From IMG/VR virus record IMGVR_UViG_3300010885_038586: a stretch of 64,000 nt of DNA. The stretch is one strand, 5' to 3'. The notes beneath the pieces are model-generated. The model was not told where the DNA came from. It made no database searches and saw only the letters and a list, made by a program, of their open reading frames with translations. Source of the stretch: an uncultured virus (IMG/VR IMGVR_UViG_3300010885_038586). Taxonomy: Duplodnaviria; Heunggongvirae; Uroviricota; Caudoviricetes. This document shows positions 8,897-18,396 of this stretch, piece by piece. The stretch's first letter is position 1; each line of letters opens with the position of its first letter. The translations under genes were made by a program, and so were the position numbers.

Positions 8897-9208
8897 ATGA
8901 AAAGACCAGAAATTACACCAGGGAAATGGACCATTGGAATGGCCGAAGACGGGATTGCCGTCTTTGGGGATTCCGCTGTGCCAAGGATCAGGGCAGTCGT
9001 AGCCAAGGGCAGCGGATGGGACATGGAGAATAACCCGACAGAAAGGCACAAGAGTAATATGCTGGCAATTGCTACACTACCAGAGTGTCTTGAAGCTCTG
9101 GAGTTGTGCTTCCATCACACGATGGGAAACCCCGAAAACCGTGAATTGCAGCCACTACATGTTCGTGTCGTGGCGGCACTCACCAAGGCAGGGTACACAT
9201 TCCCATGA
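8897..9208 (+). CDS. Hypothetical protein (TPG.W...N..LIA..P phage family)
   Basis: ITPGKW...NMLAIATLPECLEAL. Confidence 0.75.
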   Translation: MKRPEITPGKWTIGMAEDGIAVFGDSAVPRIRAVVAKGSGWDMENNPTERHKSNMLAIATLPECLEALELCFHHTMGNPENRELQPLHVRVVAALTKAGYTFP

Positions 9209-9435
9209 CACCTCCCTACCTCAACAAGCCCACCCACCAGCGCCGGACACGCACGCCTCACAGCTACGCGGCAATACCCTTGCACCTGCACCGGGTGCCA
9301 GGGACTGACAAAGAGTGGTGCGCGTTCGCTAAGGATGTAGAGATATACGTTTTAGCGAATGACCGGCAGGAAGCCAAGCAAGCTGCACGGCGGAAGACGC
9401 CAGGGTGGTACGGCGAACTGAAATGGAGACGGTAG
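9205..9435 (+). CDS. Hypothetical protein
   Basis: ATGA overlap. Confidence 0.55.
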   Translation: MTPPYLNKPTHQRRTRTPHSYAAIPLHLHRVPGTDKEWCAFAKDVEIYVLANDRQEAKQAARRKTPGWYGELKWRR

Positions 9436-9528
9436 GGAAGCAAAACCAGGGAGCCGGGAACCCCTCACAAACCGGCAAACTTTTGACAACGCAATAAACA
9501 GAAGCAGGGCAGAACTAAAATAAATATT

Positions 9529-9651
9529 ATGAAAAAGCCAAACATCACGCCAGGACCGTGGACAATCCAAAACACCTATCAGAGGTTTCTTTATGACCGG
9601 TTCAAAGGATTTCCATACTCCATCCAAGGGGCCGACCAGTTCCAACCGTGA
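9529..9651 (+). pseudogene. Short or truncated paralog of 8897..9208
   Basis: MKKPNITPGPWTI versus MKRPEITPGKWTI, but only 40 aa. Confidence 0.45.
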
Positions 9652-9698
9652 TGTTGAGCATCCGCAGCTAAAAACCCCGCGCCTCAACGCAAACCAGT

Positions 9699-9956
9699 AT
9701 GACCCTCGAAACCCGCAAAACGATCCACTGGTACGCCGGTAACACGGCAACCGCTGCCCGCTTAGGTTTCCCCGCAGGCTGTCACGCCGTCGAGGTGCAA
9801 CACCCAGGCCAGCCGTTGGTTATCGTCCAGGCCCACGCAAACGCGGAAGACGCCCGCGCCCACTTCGACAAGCTGCCGCAACTGCCTTGCCCGGTCTTTG
9901 CCAAGCTCAACCTCGCCAGTGAACGGCGCAAAGGCCCGGCGTGGCTGAACGATTGA
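9699..9956 (+). CDS. Hypothetical protein
   Basis: 85-aa ORF in the early array. Confidence 0.6.
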   Translation: MTLETRKTIHWYAGNTATAARLGFPAGCHAVEVQHPGQPLVIVQAHANAEDARAHFDKLPQLPCPVFAKLNLASERRKGPAWLND

Positions 9957-10018
9957 GCCTTGACACTGCCCCACAATTCCCACTTGCTAACCGTTAAATC
10001 TTAACCCATCATACCTTT

Positions 10019-10228
10019 ATGCCCCTGACTGCTGACTACACCTACGACCGCGATGCCGACTGTTTCGTCGTCACCGACGGCGCAGGCAACGAGTTGTGCC
10101 GCACGGCCTCGCCGCACAAGTCCACTGACAAAATGCTCATTACCTTTGTGGCTTGTGGCATCAACGAAGGCAGGCTCATTTTCCCCAGCACCGGCGACAC
10201 TCAACCCCGTAATGTCCGACCCGATTAA
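10019..10228 (+). CDS. Hypothetical protein
   Basis: 69-aa ORF. Confidence 0.6.
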   Translation: MPLTADYTYDRDADCFVVTDGAGNELCRTASPHKSTDKMLITFVACGINEGRLIFPSTGDTQPRNVRPD

Positions 10229-10532
10229 ATACCCCGAGACCCTTGACTGGTCCAAGCTGCGCAACGACGAGATCGCTGCCATGATGGGCTGCCACCCCAA
10301 CACCGTGCTCCGGCACCGCGTGGAACTGGGCAAACCCAAAGCCCCGCGCAAGTCTGGCAGCGGCAGCGAGAAAAAGATCCTCGATCACCTCATCGACTTG
10401 AGCAAACCCGTCGCTTGGAACGCCAAGAAACAAAACGCACACCCCCAGTGGATGGGACACCGCATGCGCCAACTGCGAGCTAGACGGGTGCAGGACGATG
10501 CCACGTCAGACGACAAAGAATTTTGGGGATAG
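10212..10532 (+). CDS. HTH DNA-binding protein ending in EFWG
   Basis: NDEIAAMMGCHPNTVLRHR HTH; C-terminus DDKEFWG. Confidence 0.75.
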   Translation: MSDPIKYPETLDWSKLRNDEIAAMMGCHPNTVLRHRVELGKPKAPRKSGSGSEKKILDHLIDLSKPVAWNAKKQNAHPQWMGHRMRQLRARRVQDDATSDDKEFWG

Positions 10533-10555
10533 CCCCAGCAAACACCACAACACCT

Positions 10556-10819
10556 ATGCAGACGATCTACAAATATCCCTTTGGCATCACGGACATACAA
10601 ACCGTGGACCTTCCAATAAACCACAAGATTCTCCACGTTGGACTTGATCCCCAAGGGACGCCTTGCCTGTGGGCAATCGTGGACTCGGAGCAAACGCAGA
10701 CCAACCCTAAAGTATTGTTTGTGGTTGGTACGGGCCATCCAATGCCCACTGTACCTGTCTCCCACTTGGGCAGCTTTGCTCAAGGTCCGTTCATGTGGCA
10801 CATCTTCGTTTCTTACTGA
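10556..10819 (+). CDS. Conserved phage hypothetical protein (TIYKY...LWA.VD...GTGH...WH.F family)
   Basis: Motif pattern recalled from many phage proteins. Confidence 0.8.
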   Translation: MQTIYKYPFGITDIQTVDLPINHKILHVGLDPQGTPCLWAIVDSEQTQTNPKVLFVVGTGHPMPTVPVSHLGSFAQGPFMWHIFVSY

Positions 10820-10998
10820 GTGCGGCAACGTATTTCCCGGTGGTTCCTACTGCGCCGGGCAAAGGATAAGCCGTGAGAGTCCAGCCACCGCTGCGTTTTT
10901 CTTCATTTGGACGCAGACGGGCATAGGAGCAGCACCCAGTCGCCTGCTCTGGCTATCCACGGAGCGACGGGACTTTACTTTTTAACCTGCCACACGAT

Positions 10999-11256
10999 AT
11001 GTCCGACCCTGAAGACGTCGCACCTGTACAAACACAACAACCTCTACGACGCGCACTCACGCCGATGAAAGGACTTAACCATCCCCGAGGCTTGCTTCCA
11101 CTATTGGCTTTAGCGTCCACGGTGGGAGGTGTCAGAATGCACTTCCCTCGAAAACGCGAATCGCGTAAATGCGCTCTCCCGTCTTGCGATGTGGAGACAG
11201 ACGCCCGAGGGGGATATTGCTGCAAGCGGCATCACGACGAACATCACAACAAATGA
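10999..11256 (+). CDS. Hypothetical protein with Cys/His cluster
   Basis: CALPSC...YCCKRH; ATGA-coupled to the next gene; start uncertain. Confidence 0.5.
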   Translation: MSDPEDVAPVQTQQPLRRALTPMKGLNHPRGLLPLLALASTVGGVRMHFPRKRESRKCALPSCDVETDARGGYCCKRHHDEHHNK

Positions 11257-11789
11257 ACTTCTTCCACCAACTCCACAAGTCCAAGCTCGATGCCATGCGA
11301 GCCGCCGCCCCACGCGCAACCCTGCACCTGCTGCACGAGTCCAACGGTTTCTCTGTGTATCTCAGCGAAGCCGCAGCCGCGCAGAAGGTCTGCCCGCAGT
11401 TCGGCACGATCACCAACCACGCCGAGGACGACATTCTCGACGAGCCGGTGCTGCATCTCTTCATCCCCATGGAGCAAATGGTGCGCTTCGTCGAGGAGGT
11501 GACAGCCAGCCAATCGGTTGCACTCGTTGACGTGATCCTGGCAGACAAAGTGCATGCCGCACGGTATGTGCAGTACGCGTATTTTCCGAAGCAGCGCAGT
11601 TACCCTGAATCTGTTGGTACGTTCCAGCACGACGCTACCAAGACTGAAAAATACCCAACTCCTACTCAGGAAGAGTACGACCGCTTGGTGAAGCGTTGCT
11701 ACCGGATGTCGCAGGCAGAGATTGACGAGGAAGGGCGTAAATCTGCACCAGTTGAGAAAATCGGCGATGATCCAGACTTTTGGGGTTGA
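11253..11789 (+). CDS. Hypothetical protein, possible divergent MutS domain I, ending in DFWG
   Basis: Spacing resembles MutS_I (L...P.ATL.L....F.VY..EA....IP......V..V....VALVD). Confidence 0.65.
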   Translation: MNFFHQLHKSKLDAMRAAAPRATLHLLHESNGFSVYLSEAAAAQKVCPQFGTITNHAEDDILDEPVLHLFIPMEQMVRFVEEVTASQSVALVDVILADKVHAARYVQYAYFPKQRSYPESVGTFQHDATKTEKYPTPTQEEYDRLVKRCYRMSQAEIDEEGRKSAPVEKIGDDPDFWG

Positions 11790-11822
11790 CGTTCCTCCTT
11801 CACAGTTTCACTATGGCGAAAT

Positions 11823-12041
11823 ATGCTCTGGATTACCAACCACCCGAAACCCTTGAAAGGAATGTGGCCTCGCCGCGTGGGCTGCACCTACGTTGAGGGC
11901 GATCCGAAAGCCACACCGGCTCGCACTGCGGAAGACCTTAAAAACTGTGGCCTGATCGGCGTGTACGTGGACATGCCCGCAGCGGAATATCATCGGCTGC
12001 CAGTCGCCGACAACCCGAAGGAGTTCGCAGCACTGTCATGA
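11823..12041 (+). CDS. Hypothetical protein
   Basis: ATGA-coupled to the next gene. Confidence 0.5.
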   Translation: MLWITNHPKPLKGMWPRRVGCTYVEGDPKATPARTAEDLKNCGLIGVYVDMPAAEYHRLPVADNPKEFAALS

Positions 12042-12292
12042 CCCGTTTCTCCGACACCACCCTGCACGCCCTAATCCACATTGCCGACGGCAAGGTTGCC
12101 TCGTCTATGGCGACCATCCACCAAGCGGTGAAAGGTATCCGCAAAGAGGATCTGCTTCCCGCTGTGGAACGTGGTTGGCTTAACATCCGCGCCCGGCCAA
12201 CCGGCTCATCGGTGCTCGAACTCACGGAGGCCGGAGAGAAGTGGATGCGCCACCTCTGCGACTTGTCGAACGCTCAACCCGAAAAAGCATGA
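12038..12292 (+). CDS. Hypothetical protein, winged-HTH-like
   Basis: L..AVERGWL...LELTEAG wing motif. Confidence 0.65.
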   Translation: MTRFSDTTLHALIHIADGKVASSMATIHQAVKGIRKEDLLPAVERGWLNIRARPTGSSVLELTEAGEKWMRHLCDLSNAQPEKA

Positions 12293-12576
12293 ACACTTTA
12301 ACGCCCCGAACAGATGCAGTGATGCACGACCAGAACCGCGATGGCAACGACCTGCCCAATCTGTGCAGATCGCTGGAGCGGGAACTCGATGCTGCGCGGA
12401 AAGATGCGGCAGAGTTGGCACGCTTGCTGGAAGGATGCGATCCTGGCGTACTAGGTCTAGCTGCCATGGCTTGTAACGCAGGCAAGATAACGGAGCAGAC
12501 CAACGAAGGCTGGCATCGAGTTTTCATTGAAATCCGCGCCGCTTTGGCGCTGCACCACTCGCTGACGAAGTCATGA
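12289..12576 (+). CDS. Hypothetical protein (TPRTD...LEREL phage family)
   Basis: TPRTDA...CRSLERELDAAR. Confidence 0.7.
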   Translation: MNTLTPRTDAVMHDQNRDGNDLPNLCRSLERELDAARKDAAELARLLEGCDPGVLGLAAMACNAGKITEQTNEGWHRVFIEIRAALALHHSLTKS

Positions 12577-12773
12577 GCAAACCCGAAACCCTCGGCGCGA
12601 AGCTCTTGCGCTACCGGCAACAATCTGGGCTGACCATCCCCCAACTTGCCGAGAAGTCTTGTGTGGCGATGGGCACCATCAGCGATGCCGAGAATGACCG
12701 CACCGACTTCCGCGTGAGCACGTTGAAAGCGTTGCTCGCGGCACTGGGCAAACTTGAAACTTTTAAATTTTAA
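12573..12773 (+). CDS. XRE-family HTH regulator
   Basis: R...GLT..QLAEKS.V...TISDAEN...TL..L..ALG. Confidence 0.9.
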   Translation: MSKPETLGAKLLRYRQQSGLTIPQLAEKSCVAMGTISDAENDRTDFRVSTLKALLAALGKLETFKF

Positions 12774-12778
12774 CCTGA

Positions 12779-15373
12779 GTGCCTAAATTCTTCACAGGTA
12801 AGAGTGTAAGCTCTCCCACACTGACGGCCTCACCCGCCGCTACTTTTCGCGACTTCGTCAAGCAGTTCATAGACCTCCCAGTCCCGCTCTCCGTCACCAA
12901 GGATGAGTACTGGGCGATGGGGAAGAAAGAACGTTCAGTTGCCAAGCAGGTAGGGTACTGCGTCCCATGCACGTTCCCCCGCTCCCCGTGGGAAGGACGA
13001 AAGCTGGAGAGCGCCCAAGCGTGCAATTTGCTGATCGTGGACCTCGACAACTCGAACGACGCTCGGCCCTTTGTCGAAGAACCTGGCAGGCTTGTCTCAC
13101 TTTTGTCGAAGTTTAACTTTGTCGCCTACCAGACCCTGTCTTCCACGCCAGAGAACCCTCGCCTGCGCATCATGGTGGAGGCACACAGCATTCCAGTGGA
13201 TCGCTACCCCGACGCCGTGCTGACCATCTGCGGGTTGTTGGGCTTGTCGGAGGTAACGAGAGAATCGGTTATCGCCTGCCAGCCGATGTTCCGTCCCACG
13301 ACGTTCAGTGACCAAGACCCTGAGCTGGAGCACCCGGTGCTCATCACCCGTTTTGACGCTCGTGCTTTTAAAGAGGAAGACATCAGCGGCGAGACTGAGA
13401 CACTGCCGGGCATCGTGTCCGGTGGCAAGCCTGCCCGCGTAGCCAGCAACTCATCCTCGGTCGATGACTTCCTGCTGTTTTACCAATCACCAGTTGCCGG
13501 TCTGACCTTGGAGCAGATTAAGGAGGCGCTGGAGTTCGTGGAGCCAGATTGCAGTCGTCCTGATTGGATCAACATCGCTGCCGCGCTGAAGCACCAGTTC
13601 GGCGCGACCCAGGACGACGAGGCATACGAGCTTTTTGATACCTGGTCTGCCACCGGCAGCAAGTACGACTCGGAGAAGGACACGGCTACTGTGTGGAAGT
13701 CCTACTCGGAGCAGGCCAAGGGCCGCAGACCGATCACCATCCACTCGTTGTTGAAGCGTGCAGTCGAAGGCGGTTGGAACTGCGACCAGGTGAAGGAGAA
13801 CACTTTCGAGGCGCTGTCGAAGTGGATCATGTTCACGGCCTCCACGTCATTGCAACTCATCAACGAAGGCGTGCGCCGAATCGCCGCTGCCCCATTGCTG
13901 ACTGCCACAGAAGAAGGCGCGTTGCTACAAACGCTGGTGCAGCGCAGCCGCCAAGATTTCCAGCAGCCGTTGCCGATCATCGCGGTGCGCCGTGATCTCA
14001 AGAAGCTCAAGGAGGCGTTGATCGTGAAGAAGCACGAAGCCTCCGAAGTGATCCACCCCCCGTGGTCACTGGGTTTCGTCTATGTAGCTGCCACTGACAC
14101 CTTCCTGCGCCACCGCACCCGCCAAGAGTACAAACGCATTGCGCTAGACAGCGTGTTCTCGCGTAAACTGTTGCCCACGGCGGAAGAACTTCAAGCGATG
14201 GACAAGGACGTGAACGAGCACACGTTGGGAACCCCCAAGTTCCTGCCCTCCCTCTACCTGCTCAACCATCTCAAGTGCCAAACCGTTGACGACGTGACCT
14301 ACAACCCGGCAGCACCGGAGGACATCATCGTGCGTGAGGATGGCAAGCTCTACGTCAACATATACCGCCGCAGCTACCGCGAAGCCGACCCCGCGCTTGC
14401 CAGCTACGTCGAAGACCTGATGTGCGAGCAGCTTTCTAACCTCATCGCCGAGCCGCACTACCGCACCCACTTGCTCGACTGGATGGCCTACAACGTGCAA
14501 TACCCCGGCAGCAAGCTCCGCCATGCACTATTGCTCCAAGGTGGAGAAGGCTGCGGCAAAACATTGATCTTTTACAGCCTCCGCGCCGCCCTCGGCAACG
14601 ACAACACCAAGATCGTCAACAGCGACACCATCAAAAAAGGGTGGAACGAGTGGGCCTTCGGCAGTCAAGTGGTGTGCATCGAGGAGTTGCGTGTCGCCGG
14701 GGTCAACCGTCACGAGGTGATGAACACTCTAAAGGAGCCAATCACCAACGACTTCGTGCCGGTGAATGAGCGGGCCAAGAACACGCGCAACGTGCAGAAC
14801 CGCACCAACTACCTCGCGTTCACCAACCACCACGATGCCATCGTCGTAGGAGAGGACAGTCGCCGCTGGTGGGTGGTGAAGTCCGCGCTCCAGCACAAAG
14901 AGCAGATCCGCACCATCGTGGACAAAGACCCCGAGTACTTCGCTCGGTTCGCCGAGTCACACGCCACCCACGCGGGCGGCTATCGGCATTTTTTTGAGAA
15001 TCGCACGATCTCGTCTAACTTCAAACCGTCCGGCCCGGCCCCCGCCACCACCTATTTGCAGGAGATGGTGTCCGACACCAGCGACGAAGTGACTGCTGCC
15101 ATCACCGAAGCCTGGGAAGAGGGCAATAGCCCGCTCATCGGCAACGACGTGGTGGCCTTCACCACTCTGCGCAGTGCCCTTGACATCAATGGCCTGAAGG
15201 GACTCACGCAGGCACGTCTGGCGCACGCCTTGCGCAACGCCGGGTTCCAGCCATTCGGTAAGCACATGATCGGCACAGTTCGGCAGCCTGTCTGGGCACG
15301 CCCTGATCGCCTCAACGGCGAAAATCCTGTCGAATTGTTGTTGCAGAGGTCTGAAAATTCATCCATACTTTGA
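12779..15373 (+). CDS. Primase-helicase (AEP-like N-terminus, PriCT-2, SF3/DUF5906-type helicase)
   Basis: DLD, PRLR; W..IAAALKH...FD.WS..GSKY (PriCT-2); GGEGCGKT Walker A; IEE; FTNH; RRW. Confidence 0.9.
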   Translation: MPKFFTGKSVSSPTLTASPAATFRDFVKQFIDLPVPLSVTKDEYWAMGKKERSVAKQVGYCVPCTFPRSPWEGRKLESAQACNLLIVDLDNSNDARPFVEEPGRLVSLLSKFNFVAYQTLSSTPENPRLRIMVEAHSIPVDRYPDAVLTICGLLGLSEVTRESVIACQPMFRPTTFSDQDPELEHPVLITRFDARAFKEEDISGETETLPGIVSGGKPARVASNSSSVDDFLLFYQSPVAGLTLEQIKEALEFVEPDCSRPDWINIAAALKHQFGATQDDEAYELFDTWSATGSKYDSEKDTATVWKSYSEQAKGRRPITIHSLLKRAVEGGWNCDQVKENTFEALSKWIMFTASTSLQLINEGVRRIAAAPLLTATEEGALLQTLVQRSRQDFQQPLPIIAVRRDLKKLKEALIVKKHEASEVIHPPWSLGFVYVAATDTFLRHRTRQEYKRIALDSVFSRKLLPTAEELQAMDKDVNEHTLGTPKFLPSLYLLNHLKCQTVDDVTYNPAAPEDIIVREDGKLYVNIYRRSYREADPALASYVEDLMCEQLSNLIAEPHYRTHLLDWMAYNVQYPGSKLRHALLLQGGEGCGKTLIFYSLRAALGNDNTKIVNSDTIKKGWNEWAFGSQVVCIEELRVAGVNRHEVMNTLKEPITNDFVPVNERAKNTRNVQNRTNYLAFTNHHDAIVVGEDSRRWWVVKSALQHKEQIRTIVDKDPEYFARFAESHATHAGGYRHFFENRTISSNFKPSGPAPATTYLQEMVSDTSDEVTAAITEAWEEGNSPLIGNDVVAFTTLRSALDINGLKGLTQARLAHALRNAGFQPFGKHMIGTVRQPVWARPDRLNGENPVELLLQRSENSSIL

Positions 15374-15612
15374 GCATGCCTCCCAACCCCGCACTCGACC
15401 CCATCAAAGCCTTCGTACGTCAGCACGGCGGGGCGTGGCCCACTTGGGCTTTCAAACCTACGCGCCCGGCCCGTCGTACTCCTGCCGAACGTCGCACGCC
15501 TGACCGTGTGTTTTCTCTTGAGCACAAAATGCGTGCGCCCGGTCGCCGGTTTGCTGTGGTGGCACAGGACTGGAATGCAGCTTATGACCGTCTGGGGGTG
15601 CTGTTGTCGTGA
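15370..15612 (+). CDS. Hypothetical protein
   Basis: 4-bp overlaps with both neighbours. Confidence 0.55.
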   Translation: MSMPPNPALDPIKAFVRQHGGAWPTWAFKPTRPARRTPAERRTPDRVFSLEHKMRAPGRRFAVVAQDWNAAYDRLGVLLS

Positions 15613-16289
15613 CCGACGCCGAATTCATTGCCCTGCTCGAAAAGCACGACTGGTATTTTGAACGGTCAGAAGACAACCGTGAATATTCACGCGGTCTTGC
15701 TTCTCAGAAAAAGCTGCTCTACCTCTGCCAACAACATCCCAAACTGTTCCGGCTTTACAACCACGCAAGCAACTGCGTAATCCGCAACGCCCCTTTTGAC
15801 TTTCCATCCATCATCGGCACAACGCAGGTGAAGGATGAAACACAACACACCCAAACCGCAAAACCCATGAAAGACCTCCTCTGGCCTATCTTTGAACCTC
15901 TCGTCAACAAACTCGTCGAAGCCATCGACCGCAACACCGCCGCCAAACTCGGCACGGTCGCTGCGCCTACTTCCGTCGGCCCCACCGGCGAAGCCACAGC
16001 GCCCGCTGAGAAAGCCACCAAGGCTGCCAAAGCACCCAAGGCCGCCCCAGCACCGGCTCCCGAGCCTGAACCCGCTGCCGACCTTCCGGCCATCAGTGAA
16101 GACCGTTTGAAAGCCACCGTGAAAACGCTGCCAAACGAGAAAAAGACTGTGCTCAAGGAGTACTTCAAAGCGAAGTTCGGCTACAACACCATGGCCGAGA
16201 TCGCCGAAGAAAACCGCGCCGACATCCACGCCAAAGCCGTCAGCTTCGGTGCTGTGGACACTGACCCTGCCGACATCGGCGACATGTAA
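15609..16289 (+). CDS. Hypothetical protein preceding the DUF2800 gene (possible internal start at 15867)
   Basis: HDWYFERSED N-domain, Ala/Pro/Lys linker, C-terminus DIGDM. Confidence 0.75.
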   Translation: MTDAEFIALLEKHDWYFERSEDNREYSRGLASQKKLLYLCQQHPKLFRLYNHASNCVIRNAPFDFPSIIGTTQVKDETQHTQTAKPMKDLLWPIFEPLVNKLVEAIDRNTAAKLGTVAAPTSVGPTGEATAPAEKATKAAKAPKAAPAPAPEPEPAADLPAISEDRLKATVKTLPNEKKTVLKEYFKAKFGYNTMAEIAEENRADIHAKAVSFGAVDTDPADIGDM

Positions 16290-16308
16290 TCGCCGACTGA
16301 ACCGAACC

Positions 16309-16340
16309 AGCCGCTGTTCCGATGAGGGGCAGCGGCTTTT
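16309..16340 (+). terminator. Intrinsic terminator-like hairpin
   Basis: AGCCGCTG...CAGCGGCT followed by TTT. Confidence 0.55.
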
Positions 16341-16347
16341 GGGGTAC

Positions 16348-17547
16348 ATGGCTTCTACTGCCCCCATCCCCGAACACTCCCGCCTCTCCCCCTCCAAGGC
16401 CCACACTTGGACCGAATGCACGGCGGCGCTCGCTTTTATCAAAGCCAACGAGCATCGCCTGCCACCCGACAAACCCGGTCCGGCTGCCATGGAAGGCACC
16501 AAGGCCCACACGGTGGCCGAGTATCTGCTGCTGGGCAAACCTGCGCCAAGCTGGGCCAGCAAGGAGATGCTGCGCCACGGCAAAGCGTATGCCGATTTCT
16601 GCCACGACGTGATGGGACCAAAGCGCGACGTGATCCGCTGGGGTGCCGAGTATCGGGCACCGCTGTACTACCTGCCCAGCGAACGCGGCACCGTGGACTT
16701 CCACGCGCTGACCAAGACCGGCGTGCATCTGGTGGACTACAAATATGGCTACGACCCGGTGGACTCCGAGCGCAATCTGCAAATGGCCATTTATGCTCGC
16801 AGCTTGGTCGAGGACATGTTCGACGGTTTTTGGTATGCACCGCTACCCGACGAGTTCCCTGTGACCGCGACCATCTTTCAGCCGCGATTGGAGAAAGACC
16901 ACACCACCTGGACGACGACCTGGGGCGAACTGAAAAAGTTCACCGACGAGGCGATCACCCCGAAAGCGCAGACCATTTTGCGCGGAGGTCCCGGAGTGTT
17001 TAAGTGCGGACCAAAGATTTGCAAGTGGTGTCGAGCCGACGTGATCTGTGAAGCCTACAACAACTCGCTGCTCGACGACTTCAGGGACGTAGTGGAAGCC
17101 GTGCCAGACAAAGACCTGCCCGCCGTCTCCGCCATGCCGGACGAACGCCTTGTCCAGTTGTTCAACAACCGTGACAAGCTCACCGACTTTATCAAGGCAC
17201 TGGAGAAATTCGTCAACGGTCGCATGCTCTCCGGCAACAAGCTGCCAGGCATCAAGCTGGTGATCAGTCGCGGCGGACACCGCAAGTGGTCTGACCCTGA
17301 TGCAGCGGGCAAGCTGCTGCTCAGTTTGAAGTTGCCCTACGACGACGTGTACCCACCACCGGATGTCATCACTCCCGCTGTGGCCGAGAAGCTCACCAAG
17401 GATATGAAGGGCGAGAAAATGATCAAGATGCAACGCCTCATCATCAAACCGCCGGGCCAGCCCATCGCTGTGCCGGAGAATGATCCACGCGCACCGTACG
17501 AGAATGACCTGACCGGCGACTTCGCTGGGGTCGATTTGTCCGAATAA
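16348..17547 (+). CDS. DUF2800 Cas4-like PD-(D/E)xK nuclease
   Basis: HSRLSPS..W..C, EGT.AH, GTVD, DYKYG, N.QM.IYA, QPR, C.WC. Confidence 0.9.
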   Translation: MASTAPIPEHSRLSPSKAHTWTECTAALAFIKANEHRLPPDKPGPAAMEGTKAHTVAEYLLLGKPAPSWASKEMLRHGKAYADFCHDVMGPKRDVIRWGAEYRAPLYYLPSERGTVDFHALTKTGVHLVDYKYGYDPVDSERNLQMAIYARSLVEDMFDGFWYAPLPDEFPVTATIFQPRLEKDHTTWTTTWGELKKFTDEAITPKAQTILRGGPGVFKCGPKICKWCRADVICEAYNNSLLDDFRDVVEAVPDKDLPAVSAMPDERLVQLFNNRDKLTDFIKALEKFVNGRMLSGNKLPGIKLVISRGGHRKWSDPDAAGKLLLSLKLPYDDVYPPPDVITPAVAEKLTKDMKGEKMIKMQRLIIKPPGQPIAVPENDPRAPYENDLTGDFAGVDLSE

Positions 17548-17634
17548 AATTTGACTCTCTGCCGATAGTGTGGAGATTCAACCTACTGCATAACGCAGCA
17601 AACTAGAAACCGAGAACCCGCAAAACCGCATAGC

Positions 17635-18354
17635 ATGAGCACCCCAGCACCCGCAAGAGATCCCAACGTCGGCACTTTCAGTGGCCGTTTCAGCTTCCCA
17701 GTCATCAACGAGAAGCAGCGCCTCGCCGCCGAGCAGAAGCGCAAGAAGAACCCCAAACCTGGCGAGGAGGACAAGTCCACCGGTTTCGGCTGGAGCGTCA
17801 TCATCGACAAGCAGACCGGTGCCAAGGACATCGAGAAGGCTTGGGAAATCATCAAGCGTGTCGCCGCTGAAAAAGCCGAGTGGACTGGCAAGATTGTCAT
17901 GGTTAAAGGCCGCAAAGAACCACTGGTCAACCAGACCAATCCAAAAGCTGAGAAGGTGGTGCTCATGGGCATTGCTTTGCATGACGGCGAAGACAAGGCC
18001 GACAAAGATGGCTACGGCGATGATGTGATGTACATCAGTGCCAACCGTTCGGTGTCCAAAGGCCCACCTGCGGTCAAGGACAAAGCCCTTCAGGACATTC
18101 GGCCTGAAGAGTCGCACTACCCCTACGCTGGCTGCTACGTGAAGGTCAGCGTGCGCTTCTGGGCACAGGACAACGACTACGGCAAGCGTGTGAACGCCGA
18201 GGCCCGCGTGGTCATCTTTGACAAACACGGCGAACCGTTTGGCGAAGCACCTGTCGATGCCGAGTCCGACTTTGCCGGTGTTGACCTCGACGCCGACGAT
18301 GAGACTGCCCCAGCCGGGAAGTCCAAAGCTGCCGTGGACATCGACGACATGTGA
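17635..18354 (+). CDS. ssb: ssDNA-binding protein (DUF2815 / T7 gp2.5-like)
   Basis: RFSFP, L.DG, YAGCY, GEPFG, acidic tail; position between DUF2800 and PolA. Confidence 0.85.
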   Translation: MSTPAPARDPNVGTFSGRFSFPVINEKQRLAAEQKRKKNPKPGEEDKSTGFGWSVIIDKQTGAKDIEKAWEIIKRVAAEKAEWTGKIVMVKGRKEPLVNQTNPKAEKVVLMGIALHDGEDKADKDGYGDDVMYISANRSVSKGPPAVKDKALQDIRPEESHYPYAGCYVKVSVRFWAQDNDYGKRVNAEARVVIFDKHGEPFGEAPVDAESDFAGVDLDADDETAPAGKSKAAVDIDDM

Positions 18355-18396
18355 CCTCTTTGGCCTCTCCCTGCCGCCCCGCGCACAATAATAACC

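Noticed and set aside
10820..10990. Possible ncRNA in the intergenic gap
   Set aside because: A few short hairpins only; no recognisable motif or second copy.
16348..17547. Cas4 as part of a CRISPR-Cas system
   Set aside because: It sits in the standard DUF2800-DUF2815-PolA phage replication module; no other cas genes are present.
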